From IMG/VR virus record IMGVR_UViG_3300009148_000002, positions 1-64,000 of that record: a stretch of DNA of 64,000 nucleotides; one strand, 5' to 3'. Positions 44,610 through 54,699 of the stretch are shown piece after piece. Source of the DNA: a virus (lineage: Duplodnaviria > Caudoviricetes). Below the pieces are notes generated by a model. It saw only the letters and a program-made list of their open reading frames with translations. It ran no database searches and was not told the origin of the DNA. Numbering within the stretch: the first letter of the stretch is position 1; every line of letters begins with the position of its first letter. Made by a program: the position numbers and the translations under genes.

Positions 44610-44615
44610 TGGGCA

Positions 44616-44644
44616 AGATTAACTTGCCTAATGTTAGGTATCAA
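44616..44644 (-). promoter_or_regulatory. sigma70-type promoter with palindromic operator in the spacer
   Basis: TTGATA-CCTAACATTAGGCAAGT-TAATCT, 6 nt before ATG 44609. Confidence 0.55.
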
Positions 44645-45105
44645 GAAGTTTTACTGTCTGGAACGCGGTGCCCAATGTTAAACAAAACGATTGACTTGAG
44701 CGGGTCGTCCATCTCTGGACTAACGCAAAGAATGCACTGCCCTGTAAACGGAGAAAATTGAGATGTCACGCAATCAGACGAACGGGCAGTGATTACTAGA
44801 GCGCCATCTCCCATCGGAACGTGGTATTTATCGAACCCGCATAGGTAGAACGGATCGGATGGCTGGACTGGCTTTAAGTCGAGCAACGCTCCAAACGTGT
44901 GTTTGTAATACTCGATCATGCCATCGGCGAAAAGCGGCTTGAACTCTGGCGACATAATCAATTCAACTGGCAGATTGTCACTGCGAAGCCTTTGAATTCT
45001 CCAAAGCTCCGGCAGGAAATAATCGAGGTTGAGCGTGTTTCCACGTAGGTCAAAAACTCTGCCAGCCTTCTCCAGAACATCGGAAGCGTATTTGAGTAGG
45101 CTCAT
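44641..45105 (-). CDS. Partial paralogue of the major capsid protein
   Basis: KAGRVFDLRGNTLNL...RLRSDN and GFDKYHV align with MCP ECGRVFDLQGNTLNL...RSRSDN and TYDRYHL; start at ATG 45105. Confidence 0.75.
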   Translation of the reverse strand: MSLLKYASDVLEKAGRVFDLRGNTLNLDYFLPELWRIQRLRSDNLPVELIMSPEFKPLFADGMIEYYKHTFGALLDLKPVQPSDPFYLCGFDKYHVPMGDGALVITARSSDCVTSQFSPFTGQCILCVSPEMDDPLKSIVLFNIGHRVPDSKTS

Positions 45106-45138
45106 TGCCAATTCATAGTTGACACCGAACTCAATGTC

Positions 45139-45178
45139 AAAAAGAAAACCGCCAGCCCTATGACAAGCTGGCGGTTTC
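45139..45178 (-). terminator. Rho-independent terminator after MCP
   Basis: AAACCGCCAGC-loop-GCTGGCGGTTT followed by TCTTTTT on the minus strand. Confidence 0.8.
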
Positions 45179-45199
45179 GCGAGAGGACTGGCAGGAAAA

Positions 45200-46873
45200 T
45201 TAGACTGCCGTGTAGTAATCGTCGTAGCTGCCGGATTTGCCGGTGTGGTCCGGCACTTCATCATTGAAGCCTTCCAAGATGACGGAGTTGGCCGGGCATT
45301 CCACTATGGCCGTCCACGTCACCGAGTTCATCTGGACGGTTTGAATCGCATTCTTCATCACGCACGCCCATCCGGTGCTGATCTTCGACAGGTCTTTGAT
45401 GTCGCCCGTTCGGCTCTCCACGCGGTTGGAGTCAATCAGCCCAAGATACATCGTGTTGAAGTCGAGGAACCACAGGACGTTGCCGGCTCGGTCCACGCCG
45501 CCCGCCTGCGCGGTCGCCTTCATGTCGTCGAAGAAGTGATGAGTGACGACGTTGAGCGTCACACCAGCCGGATTGATGAGATGATAGCGGTCGTAGGTGA
45601 ATCCGAGATCGCCCTTGAGGGCGAATTCGGTGTTCATCCGCATTGTGTCGATGGATTCGTTCTTGAAGTAAGCGATGAACGCCCGCTGCAAGTTCGCCCG
45701 CGTGGTGCGGTCGGTGAACACGTCGATGGTTTCGCCATTGCCGCCGTTGTCCGAACGCGACCGGCTCAGTGAGTAGATCAGTTCAAACAATTCGTGCAGG
45801 TTGAGCGTGTTGCCTTGCAGGTCGAATACGCGACCGCATTCGGCCAACTGCTCGTACCAGCCGATTGCGTTGGCGCGTTTGCCAACGCAGCGGCCTTCGT
45901 TCGGCAGATACAAGTCGCCGGACGACGCCGTTTCGATGTTGTCGAGCGAACGATACAGATTGAGGGTTTGATTGCTGGAAATCCGCTTGTTCCAGAACAA
46001 CGCTTCCATCTGAGTGCGCTGGAAATCTGTGTAGATTTGCGCGTTGAGCTTGGCGAGCGGGATGTCGCCGAACTTGGCAAAGAACGCATTGCTCTTTTGC
46101 AGGTCGGCGAAGTATCCGCCATAAAACTCATCCCAACAGGTCGTGTAGCGGCTGGTTTGAATGTAGAACGGAACGGATTTAAGTCCGTTCAATCCCGGAA
46201 TCTGTTCGCAGAACGAGTCAAAATCACTGACGTTGTTCGCGCCGCGAGTCATAAACCCTTCCGTCGGGTTTTCCACCTTGGCCGCAGCCGTGAAGCTGCT
46301 GTTCATGGCAGCCAGCGAGAGCCGGACGCGAGCGCCCACAACCTCTGCTCCAAGCACACGATACATCGTGCGCGTCACGCTACCACCAGAACTCACGCCG
46401 TTCGCAAACACGACCGTCTTGGTGTTGAACCAGCGGATGTCAAGCGGAATGCCCTGATTCGAGTAAGCGTCAACCTGCCAATCGGGCGTGCCGCCCGGAT
46501 CAGACCCATTATCGAACAGCCAATAGTTCGTGTTGATGACGGATTGCTGGTCGGCCATGATGAACGGCTCCACGTTGAACTTCGTCTGGAAATCGTCCAT
46601 CGGCAGCTTGCGCAAGCTCTTGGTCTTGACGCGGCTGTTGGCCATGAGGAATTCCCACAGGCCGTTGACGCGCGTACCGCACGCCTTCAACTCGAATTGC
46701 GAAACGAGCAACGACTGCATGTTGCGAAAATCGCCGTCATCGTTGGTGAAGATGTCGGCGAGCGTGTCCGCTGTTGCCGTTGCGATGTTACAGGCTGTGA
46801 CGGTGCCACAGCGCTTGATGTCAGTCCCGATTGCCGGGACGCACTTCTCAAATAGGTTGGTTGCAATTGCCAT
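45200..46873 (-). CDS. Major capsid protein (probable)
   Basis: Follows portal and scaffold and precedes a strong terminator; 557 aa; fold not verified. Confidence 0.65.
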   Translation of the reverse strand: MAIATNLFEKCVPAIGTDIKRCGTVTACNIATATADTLADIFTNDDGDFRNMQSLLVSQFELKACGTRVNGLWEFLMANSRVKTKSLRKLPMDDFQTKFNVEPFIMADQQSVINTNYWLFDNGSDPGGTPDWQVDAYSNQGIPLDIRWFNTKTVVFANGVSSGGSVTRTMYRVLGAEVVGARVRLSLAAMNSSFTAAAKVENPTEGFMTRGANNVSDFDSFCEQIPGLNGLKSVPFYIQTSRYTTCWDEFYGGYFADLQKSNAFFAKFGDIPLAKLNAQIYTDFQRTQMEALFWNKRISSNQTLNLYRSLDNIETASSGDLYLPNEGRCVGKRANAIGWYEQLAECGRVFDLQGNTLNLHELFELIYSLSRSRSDNGGNGETIDVFTDRTTRANLQRAFIAYFKNESIDTMRMNTEFALKGDLGFTYDRYHLINPAGVTLNVVTHHFFDDMKATAQAGGVDRAGNVLWFLDFNTMYLGLIDSNRVESRTGDIKDLSKISTGWACVMKNAIQTVQMNSVTWTAIVECPANSVILEGFNDEVPDHTGKSGSYDDYYTAV

Positions 46874-46924
46874 AATGTTGTTCGTGCGCGGCTGACTTCA
46901 TATCAGCTTTTCTAATGAACAACA

Positions 46925-48388
46925 TTATCTACCCTGCATTCTCGTTTGAAAGACGTCTTCCCAAGTTTTTGCTTTTTCGGTGTTCGGCTTTTGAAGTGCG
47001 TCGATCTGCGTTCTTCCTGTAACCGGAGAAGGCGACTGCTGCCTTGCTGGCGCTGGCGTTTCTTTATGTTCGCCGTTTCCGTTCTGCGTCGTTTGTGTCG
47101 CAGGTTTCTTTTCCCATCCTCGCGCTTTTGCCATTGACTCGATCTGTTTCTCGGTTTCCGACACGTAATCCTTCAGATTGTTGGCGAGTTTTTCAGGAAT
47201 GGCGTCGAGCAGTTTGTCGCGATCCAAGAACCAGTATTTCGCCTTGTTCGCAGGATTTTCACCCATCAGCCTGTGGTATTCTTCCCATGTCGCGAACCTT
47301 CTGCCAGCGTTGTCGAGTTGCTGTTCGGCGGGCAAAGACTTGAGTTGACTCTCAATGTCGGCGACTTGTTTTTGAAACTGTTGAAACGACTCGGATTTAA
47401 CATCAGCGTGGCCTTCAAAAACCTTGATGATTTCCTGAGCCATCTGGCCGGCAAATTTGCTTGTGGCTATTTTCAACCCGACGATTACCGGGTCGGCGGC
47501 GTGCTTCTCGCGCACTTTGGCCTCATCGGCAGCGACCTCGAATAACTCAGGGTCAATTAGATTTAGGGTTTTAGCAGCGGCATTATTTGCGGCCTCTTTC
47601 AGTGCTGGCTCCAATTCGGCGCGTGTTGATTTCTTCTTGAGTTCGTCAACATCCGCCAGCTTCGCCCTGGTTTCTTCCAACTCTTTTTTGAGTGGCTTTT
47701 CGCGTAGCGCGGCGCGGGCGTCATCGTAATCGTCATCGTCGTAACGAGGCTCGATGCTGTCGAAAAATTCAGCGTGTTCGTCGGCATCTGGATCGTACGT
47801 CTTTCCAGGATTCTCTTTGACCCATTGCTTGCGGTGAGTCTCCGCTTCCTTCACGGCGTCGAGATACTTGGCGGACAGCCCGGCGTTGCGCTGCGGAGAA
47901 AGAGCTTCCATCTCTTTGAAGATGTCGAAGCGTCGGCGTTGCGCGGACGTGAGCGAGTCTTCCGGCTTTGGCGCATCGGCGGTTTTCTTCTCGTCGGCCT
48001 TCGTCGTTCGGTCGGTGATCGCGGCAGCGGTTTCGGCGGCGACGCGAGAGGCGATTCCTTCAACGTCAATCTCAGGTTTCTTCTTGGCTTTCGCGGCAGG
48101 CTTGGCCGGTTCATCTGGCTTTTTCTCAGGCTCGGCTTCCGCCTTTGTTTCCAGTTTTTCCGCCTCAGCCTTCTCTGGCTCAACCTTCGCCTTTTCCGGC
48201 TCCGCCTTCTCTTTCTTGGATGGCCGCTTGCCGGCAATCATCGCCAGCAGGTTTTCCGTCACTTCCTTGGAAATCTCCTGTGGCGCGAGCTTCTTTTCAG
48301 GCTCTTTAACGGTAGCGGTAGCATCCGTTTTTGCGGGCACGGCGGCTGTTTGTGTCTTGGCTAGTTCTTTCTCGATAACGGCGGGCAT
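46925..48388 (-). CDS. Scaffolding protein (probable)
   Basis: Highly charged Glu/Lys/Pro/Ala coiled coil directly upstream of MCP. Confidence 0.6.
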   Translation of the reverse strand: MPAVIEKELAKTQTAAVPAKTDATATVKEPEKKLAPQEISKEVTENLLAMIAGKRPSKKEKAEPEKAKVEPEKAEAEKLETKAEAEPEKKPDEPAKPAAKAKKKPEIDVEGIASRVAAETAAAITDRTTKADEKKTADAPKPEDSLTSAQRRRFDIFKEMEALSPQRNAGLSAKYLDAVKEAETHRKQWVKENPGKTYDPDADEHAEFFDSIEPRYDDDDYDDARAALREKPLKKELEETRAKLADVDELKKKSTRAELEPALKEAANNAAAKTLNLIDPELFEVAADEAKVREKHAADPVIVGLKIATSKFAGQMAQEIIKVFEGHADVKSESFQQFQKQVADIESQLKSLPAEQQLDNAGRRFATWEEYHRLMGENPANKAKYWFLDRDKLLDAIPEKLANNLKDYVSETEKQIESMAKARGWEKKPATQTTQNGNGEHKETPAPARQQSPSPVTGRTQIDALQKPNTEKAKTWEDVFQTRMQGR

Positions 48389-48407
48389 AGGTTGGTTGTT
48401 TGATGGT

Positions 48408-48713
48408 TTAACTGGTCACGGACACGGAAGTTGTCTGAATCTTTATCGTTCCAGCCGTCATCTCACTCAGCACCTCAAGGCAGATTTTGAGACGGGATGA
48501 CGCGATGAGTTTTTGTGCCGAAGATGTCGGAATATTCTGCTCTTGCAGCGTCTTGATCGGATCGGTCAACGCTAGATGAGACGCCTCGTGGTTTAGGCGC
48601 ACGATTTCCGACTCCAACACAGCCACAAGCTCGGCTTTTGATGGATGATTGAGCCATTGGTTGAGTGCAATGGCCCGACCGCTATCCAACGGTTCTGAGG
48701 TGACGGAAATCAT
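48408..48713 (-). CDS. Hypothetical protein
   Basis: Start at ATG 48713 (TGATG overlap). Confidence 0.55.
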   Translation of the reverse strand: MISVTSEPLDSGRAIALNQWLNHPSKAELVAVLESEIVRLNHEASHLALTDPIKTLQEQNIPTSSAQKLIASSRLKICLEVLSEMTAGTIKIQTTSVSVTS

Positions 48714-48883
48714 CAATTGTGAAGCGCCGGGCCGAAGCATTTCCAACCCACAAGTGCGAGCAGTATGAACAGGAACAATCCGTGGCCTCCCCACATCACT
48801 CTTGGATTTGGGTTGTTACGGATCACGATTCCAAATACTAACCAAAGCAGCATGAGAATCCAAAAAGCTAATCCAGTTGACAT
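48713..48883 (-). CDS. 56-aa two-TM protein
   Basis: MSTGLAFWILMLLWLVFG...LFLFILLALVGWKCFGPALHN; not in ORF track. Confidence 0.65.
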   Translation of the reverse strand: MSTGLAFWILMLLWLVFGIVIRNNPNPRVMWGGHGLFLFILLALVGWKCFGPALHN

Positions 48884-48908
48884 AATTTACCTTTCTATTT
48901 TGTTGTTT

Positions 48909-49292
48909 TCACTTGAAACGGTTTCTGAGTTCGGCACGTTCTTTCATTATGCCTTCGATCCACTGCGGCAAGGTGTCGATTGTTTGTCGCGGAGCGTCGA
49001 TGGCGTCACTAACCGGCTGGCCGCTTACGTTTTGAATGGAGCGCAGGATATTAAACATCTCCGCGATTTGGTTATTGAGAAACCCATTCGCCTTCACCTG
49101 ATCGGCCAGCTTGTCCTTCAACGAGGTGATTTCAACCGACTCTTGAATCGTAGTCGTGTGCGGCGGTGGTAACGGAGATGGACCGCCAGCGATCAACTGC
49201 TCCTGCTTGCTCTTGATCCACACAGATATTTTCGGCAGCAAGTCCAGTGAGGTTTGAAGCAGCTCCATTTCTTCGTGTTGGGTCATTTTCAT
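48909..49292 (-). CDS. Hypothetical coiled-coil protein
   Basis: Operonic ORF. Confidence 0.6.
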   Translation of the reverse strand: MKMTQHEEMELLQTSLDLLPKISVWIKSKQEQLIAGGPSPLPPPHTTTIQESVEITSLKDKLADQVKANGFLNNQIAEMFNILRSIQNVSGQPVSDAIDAPRQTIDTLPQWIEGIMKERAELRNRFK

Positions 49293-49297
49293 ACGGA

Positions 49298-51763
49298 TTA
49301 AGCGATTGGTTGTGCGGCAGCAAGCTCAGTCGGCGCAATCGCTCCCTGCATTCCCACAATGTTTGGAATCTGCGGCTGCGGCGCGATCATGCCCGCCAGA
49401 ATCTCACGGATAGCCAACACAGCCGCCTCGGTTTGCTGGCCCTTCTGCGCCAGTGCTTGCTGGCCTTCCGCAATCTGGGTCTGGCTGGTGACAATATTAT
49501 CAATCACAGGCCCAACTTGCGCCTGTCCTTCGGCGAGTTGTTGCTGGCCTTGGCCAAGCTGCTGAATCGCCTGCTGCATTGGCCCAAACACCTGCTCCTT
49601 CAGCGTGGTCGCCATCGCCGTCAGATTCTTGTCCACGATCTGCTGCGAGATTTGAGCGATCTGTTTCGCGGACTCTTGCGCCTGTTCGTCCGGCGTGGCG
49701 TTGTTGACCACCGTGACTTTCTGATCGCGTGGCACGCCGGCAAACTCAGCAATCGTATTCCACCAATCGACGATCTGCTTCACACCGATAGCCGAGCGCA
49801 CTTCCGGCAGCGCGAGCATCGACTGAGTGATCTGCGCCATCGCAGCGGCGATCTGAGGATTATTGATGCGATCCTTGTTATCGCGTGTGCTGGCGATGCC
49901 TTCCACCGTCAGCGATGCCTTTTTACCGCGCACGCCAGCGTGTGATTCGCCGGCCACAGGTTCTTCCTCGATTTTGAAGCCGAGTTCTTCCAGCGCCTTT
50001 TTGCTGACATCGTTCAGATTCGCCACTTGCGCAAACATCTCGTCGTCGGAGTACGCCATGATGCCGTCGTAAAGCTGGCGCTTCCACGCATACAAACCGT
50101 CGTCGATAAAGCCAGCCGTCAACGCGAGTCGCGTGCTGACGTTCTGAGCAACGACTTGGGTTTCTGTGGCGGACTGCTCGTGCGATGCCGCCTGACCGAC
50201 TTCCTGTGGCGACACGCCAAGAGTGCGCTCCATGATGTCGATGAGCATTTTGATGGCGTTGGCCATCTGCGACGTGTCCTGCTCTGGGAAGTTAACTGGC
50301 CAGAAGGCTTGCTTCTGCGCGTCCGGTTGTTGCGCCCAACCGCGCTCTTTCATCGAAAACGGAATGAACGCCGTGTCCGTAATCATCTTGTCGCCAAGGT
50401 TCTGAATCTTGTCGATTTCCGTCTGCGTGAGCGGGCCGTCAGAATTCCAGAACACCGCACTGCGAAGGTTCTTTTTAACCGTGTAGAGATACTGCGTGAG
50501 ATAATTCCACAGCATGTCTTGCGTGGGCAGAATCTCCATGCCCATGCCAGCGTTCAGGGAACGATTGCCGTCCGCGTCGTAGCCGTAGTAGATACCGGGC
50601 GTGTAGGCGTACGGCTTGCAATAAAGCACGGTGCGCTCGTTGCCCATTACGAAGTGGAACCACACCGGGTACTCGTAGTCGCCCAAGTCATAGTCCTTCG
50701 GAATGAGGCGGGCGAATTGATTCGTCACCATGACGGCCTGTTGGTCGGCCTCTTTGGTGTTGTATCGGTAAATGGACTTTTCTCGGTCGAGATCGCCGCT
50801 CCCGGTTCCGACGGTTTCTACTGTTGGGAAATTTGCCGTGCATGGGAATAACTGCCGATAGGCGTCGTAGGCTGATCCGGTTGCCGCCGTGCCGAGCCAA
50901 TCACTTCCGAATGTTATCTCGTCGAGATTCCAGAAATCCTTGTTCGCCCGGAGTTCACGCGCCCGCACGATGTTCCAGTAACCATAGTAATTACAGCCGG
51001 TGTCCGAATTGATCGTATCGGGCCGGTGCGCCATGTCGTAGAACGTCTTCGACGGGTGAGGAATGAAATAGCGGATGCCTTCCTTGGTGATGACTGTCTT
51101 GCCGCCAACATCCTTCTGCTTCTCGGTGTACCAATCTTCCATCGGGAATTGAAGGCAAATGCCGTAGAGCAGATTGTCGAAGATCACCTTGCGCTTGATT
51201 TCGCGATAGCCCATCTGCGCACTCACCTTCTGCCCGCGATCCGTGAGGATTTCACAGCGCAATCGCTCCTTGGTGGTGAGCTTCAGCGGTTCAAACTTAA
51301 AGACGGGATACAGGTCGCGGTCGTCAAAGATTTTCGCCCAGCGAATCTTCACATATGACATCACGAGAGGATAAAAAATCTGCGTGAACACCGGAACATC
51401 AAGCAGCTTTTGCTTCTTGGGATGCTTGCAATCGCTGTCGCCACAAGTGCACGGAATATCGGTCAGCATGTGGGTCAACCCAAGGTTGTTGACCATGCTC
51501 AACACTTTTTCAGTGGAAAACTTTTTATCCACCAACCCGCGCATCATCGTGGCGCTGGTCTGATAGAACGGAACATCGTAAGCGCGGTCAACGGCCCAAT
51601 AAACGCGAGCGTTATCCCATGTGAACTGAACGCCATCCTGCGTATTGCTGCTAAGTCGATTGAGTAGGGCTTCGATCTTCTCGCTCTTTTTCTCAGCCGT
51701 GAACTTCGCCTTATATTTCTCCGGCGTCATCCCGGCATTCTCGAATACTTTCGGATCAATCAT
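49298..51763 (-). CDS. Portal protein (probable)
   Basis: 821 aa; GQAASHEQSATETQ motif typical of podovirus-like portals; Gln-rich barrel-like C-terminus; position. Confidence 0.7.
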   Translation of the reverse strand: MIDPKVFENAGMTPEKYKAKFTAEKKSEKIEALLNRLSSNTQDGVQFTWDNARVYWAVDRAYDVPFYQTSATMMRGLVDKKFSTEKVLSMVNNLGLTHMLTDIPCTCGDSDCKHPKKQKLLDVPVFTQIFYPLVMSYVKIRWAKIFDDRDLYPVFKFEPLKLTTKERLRCEILTDRGQKVSAQMGYREIKRKVIFDNLLYGICLQFPMEDWYTEKQKDVGGKTVITKEGIRYFIPHPSKTFYDMAHRPDTINSDTGCNYYGYWNIVRARELRANKDFWNLDEITFGSDWLGTAATGSAYDAYRQLFPCTANFPTVETVGTGSGDLDREKSIYRYNTKEADQQAVMVTNQFARLIPKDYDLGDYEYPVWFHFVMGNERTVLYCKPYAYTPGIYYGYDADGNRSLNAGMGMEILPTQDMLWNYLTQYLYTVKKNLRSAVFWNSDGPLTQTEIDKIQNLGDKMITDTAFIPFSMKERGWAQQPDAQKQAFWPVNFPEQDTSQMANAIKMLIDIMERTLGVSPQEVGQAASHEQSATETQVVAQNVSTRLALTAGFIDDGLYAWKRQLYDGIMAYSDDEMFAQVANLNDVSKKALEELGFKIEEEPVAGESHAGVRGKKASLTVEGIASTRDNKDRINNPQIAAAMAQITQSMLALPEVRSAIGVKQIVDWWNTIAEFAGVPRDQKVTVVNNATPDEQAQESAKQIAQISQQIVDKNLTAMATTLKEQVFGPMQQAIQQLGQGQQQLAEGQAQVGPVIDNIVTSQTQIAEGQQALAQKGQQTEAAVLAIREILAGMIAPQPQIPNIVGMQGAIAPTELAAAQPIA

Positions 51764-52056
51764 AGCAGGATTGGTGATCCAGCCCGCGCAGCCGCGAGCG
51801 CCTGAGCCTTGCGCACACGTTTGAAGACCGATTGAGGAATTTTAATGTAGGCTTTCAACACAACCTTTGGTTTTAACGGCACGCCAAAGCAGTCGATGGT
51901 TTGTGGAAGCTCGCGTTCGTAGTCCAAAAGATGATACACGCGGCCATTGGGCGATGGGCGGCGAACCACTGGACCGATTCTCGCGTATAGGTAAAACTGG
52001 CCATCGCATTCCTCGATTCTGACTATTTTTGGTCTGGCCTTTTGGATTGCCGCCAT
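51760..52056 (-). CDS. Hypothetical protein
   Basis: ATGA-coupled to portal. Confidence 0.6.
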   Translation of the reverse strand: MAAIQKARPKIVRIEECDGQFYLYARIGPVVRRPSPNGRVYHLLDYERELPQTIDCFGVPLKPKVVLKAYIKIPQSVFKRVRKAQALAAARAGSPILL

Positions 52057-52307
52057 TACTTCTTCGCGCCTACCACAATCATCAGCCCTTTCGGCATCTT
52101 GCCCTTGCCGCCGTATTCCTTTTCCTCGGCTTCCGGTTCCTCGTCGGATGTCTCGTCGTATTCTGCGGAATTCACCGTGCCGCTTATCGTTCCGCCCTCG
52201 TGTGAATCGGTGGTGACGCGGACAATTATTTCGTCACCCGGCTTGCACTCCGCAAGGAACGCCTGCACGTCAGGATCGCTCGTATCGAGAGAGAGTTCGC
52301 TTTTCAT
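52056..52307 (-). CDS. Acidic hypothetical protein
   Basis: Coupled ORF. Confidence 0.6.
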   Translation of the reverse strand: MKSELSLDTSDPDVQAFLAECKPGDEIIVRVTTDSHEGGTISGTVNSAEYDETSDEEPEAEEKEYGGKGKMPKGLMIVVGAKK

Positions 52308-52362
52308 GCAGGTTAGTTTAACTTGACCAAGACATAACGCAATCTAATAGTTAACCTCAAAT

Positions 52363-53871
52363 ATGCCCCTGCATCCCGACGGCTACTGGATACCCAATCT
52401 CTCACCCAAGCAGATAGCCATTCAAAACAACCGAGCGCGTTATCAGTTGGTTTCTGGCCCGCGTTTGAGCGGCAAGTCGTGGGGTGTTGAGCACGCCGTC
52501 GTGAAGCACCTGTGGATTACGAAGAATGCTCGCATGGGCGCGTTCGCTCGCACGATCAAGAGTGCAAAAGTGGGTGGTTCTTACGACGATCTAACAAAGC
52601 TCATCATTCCAGAGTGGCTATCTGCGAATTTAACCGGCGTGAACGCGAGCATCCGCTTCGAGTACTCGATTCCACCAAAACAGATGGGTGATACGCGGAC
52701 GAACTACTTCAAAATACGCAATTATTGGGGCGGCGAATCTGAGTTCTACCTTTTCTCGTTGGATTACGACGACGACATTGAAGAAAAGGTGAAAAACACG
52801 CGGTTCTCCGGCTTCTGGTTTATCGAGCTAACGAACTTCGACAAGCGGGAAGTGTTTTCCGCAACCGTCCAGCAGTTGCGTATGCCTGGATTGCCGTGGA
52901 AAGAGCACCTGTGGATAGCGGACACGAATCCCGACTACATACTCGGAGAGGATAGCTGGATTTACAAGCTGTTCTACGAAAAACAGGGCTACGATCCGGT
53001 GGTGGACAAAGAGGAAATCGAAAATCTGAGCGTCATCGAAGTGATGATTGACGATAACCCGTTCCTTGAGCCACAGGCCATCAGGAGCCTCAAGGCTAAC
53101 TACGCGTACAGCCCGGAAAAGACGGCGGCTTACATCTTTGGCAAGTGGGTTAAGGGAATGCGCGATGGACATTTCTCAGATGTGCTCTTGCCGAACATCC
53201 ATTTTCAAGGTGACGTGAGCAGCAACGATTCAGCGAAGTGGCAAATCATCGTGCCCACAGAGCAGACTATGGAACTAATGACAGGTTGGGACTTGGGCGA
53301 TGTCAACCACTCGGCACACATCGCTCAGAAGCGCCCGATTGATAACGACGAATACGCTTACGATTTCATCGACGAACTGTTCTGCATTGATCGGCAAGTC
53401 AGCATTCGAGAATTCACCGAGGCGTTCTTGGAGCGCATGGATCATTGGGAAAAATTCATGCGCGAGGCGTTTGGGCGAACAGTGTTTCGATGGCGGCACT
53501 GGTCTGACACGTCGGCGTTCAGCTACAAAAGCGCGGTTGGCGGCGATGAAGAAAAGATCGTGCGCAATGTTTCAAAAGGGCGGATCACTCTGTTGGGAAT
53601 CGACAAGCGAAGTGTCACTGGCCGCGTGGATCAAGTGAGACGGCTGCTACACGAGCAGCGCATATTTGTGTCTGCCAACCTAACGCACACAACCGTCATG
53701 CTGAAGACTCTCTACAAAGGCAAAAGCAAGTTGGACTTTATTCTGCCGGCCACGCTGAAGCATTCGTTTGACTCGTTCAGCTACCTGCTTCGCGGCGAGG
53801 AACCTCACGATCTTGAGCGCGGCCTTCCTCAGACGGAGCAGCCGGCGAGGTTGGTGCTGGTGCCGGCGTAA
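52363..53871 (+). CDS. terL: Terminase large subunit
   Basis: Walker A GPRLSGKS, Walker B FWFIELT, coupling motif DTNPD, nuclease GWDLG and KHSFDSFSY. Confidence 0.9.
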   Translation: MPLHPDGYWIPNLSPKQIAIQNNRARYQLVSGPRLSGKSWGVEHAVVKHLWITKNARMGAFARTIKSAKVGGSYDDLTKLIIPEWLSANLTGVNASIRFEYSIPPKQMGDTRTNYFKIRNYWGGESEFYLFSLDYDDDIEEKVKNTRFSGFWFIELTNFDKREVFSATVQQLRMPGLPWKEHLWIADTNPDYILGEDSWIYKLFYEKQGYDPVVDKEEIENLSVIEVMIDDNPFLEPQAIRSLKANYAYSPEKTAAYIFGKWVKGMRDGHFSDVLLPNIHFQGDVSSNDSAKWQIIVPTEQTMELMTGWDLGDVNHSAHIAQKRPIDNDEYAYDFIDELFCIDRQVSIREFTEAFLERMDHWEKFMREAFGRTVFRWRHWSDTSAFSYKSAVGGDEEKIVRNVSKGRITLLGIDKRSVTGRVDQVRRLLHEQRIFVSANLTHTTVMLKTLYKGKSKLDFILPATLKHSFDSFSYLLRGEEPHDLERGLPQTEQPARLVLVPA

Positions 53872-53877
53872 ACAGCA

Positions 53878-53909
53878 AACCCGCCGCACGGTGATTCGCA
53901 CGACGGGTT
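53878..53909. terminator. Hairpin between convergent genes
   Basis: AACCCGCCG...CGACGGGTT. Confidence 0.4.
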
Positions 53910-53928
53910 AAATGTTCAACCGAGCGGG

Positions 53929-54288
53929 TTACGCCGGAGTTGTCGGATTCGGATTCGGAACGATGTCGGCCAAAGCTTGCGCGTCCACGCCCAATGCTTT
54001 GAGATCGGCCTCAAACGTTTCATCCGTCACTGACGGGTCAACGTTCGCCTCGATGAGATCGGCAATCTGCTTTTGCAGGTCGGCGATTCGAGTTCCAAGC
54101 TCACCAAATGCCTCGCGGTTATTCTTCGCAGCCAAGGCTACGGCTGCTTTGATTTCAGATACTTTTACCATGATGTTGTTCTCCATTTCTTCCATCCTTT
54201 TAAGGACGGATTTGTTGTTTGTGTTTTCACTTAACCCGTGCACGGCACGGGCTAGGGATGAAATTGCTGCAATAAGTTCTCGGAACAT
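53929..54288 (-). CDS. Coiled-coil hypothetical protein
   Basis: Clean amphipathic ORF. Confidence 0.6.
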   Translation of the reverse strand: MFRELIAAISSLARAVHGLSENTNNKSVLKRMEEMENNIMVKVSEIKAAVALAAKNNREAFGELGTRIADLQKQIADLIEANVDPSVTDETFEADLKALGVDAQALADIVPNPNPTTPA

Positions 54289-54489
54289 AGTTGCCTTGCG
54301 CCCTAGCTGGCGGGATTGGTTTCTGTGGCCATTGCAATAAGCAAATACGCCGAATAGGTGTAGGCCATCAAAATGACGACGGTTATCAAGATTCTAAACA
54401 TAATTGTCGCTTTTACGACGACTCACACTAGTTTCTCCTTACTGCACCAACAATGGGTAGTTTACCCCACGGCACCAGTCACCGCTCAT

Positions 54490-54699
54490 TTATGGCAGAA
54501 CCAAAACGGCCTTCCGAACATCCATGAGCATGTGCCGCGCATTGTGCCCTGAGTATTCGACAAACACCGGAGTCATTCTTTGCTTTATTAGGTCGATTTC
54601 CTCTTTTGTCAGAAAGTCGGTGTCCAGAAACACTACCACACCTCCACTCACCGACACGGCTTGAGGGTGCTTACGAAACAGATTGCGAAGCCAGTTCAC
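54490..54699 (-). CDS. Hypothetical protein
   Basis: ATGA-coupled. Confidence 0.55.
   Translation of the reverse strand: MNWLRNLFRKHPQAVSVSGGVVVFLDTDFLTKEEIDLIKQRMTPVFVEYSGHNARHMLMDVRKAVLVLP

Noticed and set aside
45245-51358. Long plus-strand ORFs antisense to capsid, scaffold and portal (e.g. 45794-46855, 49247-49945, 50027-50851)
   Set aside because: Shadow ORFs of GC-rich genes with no recognisable motifs
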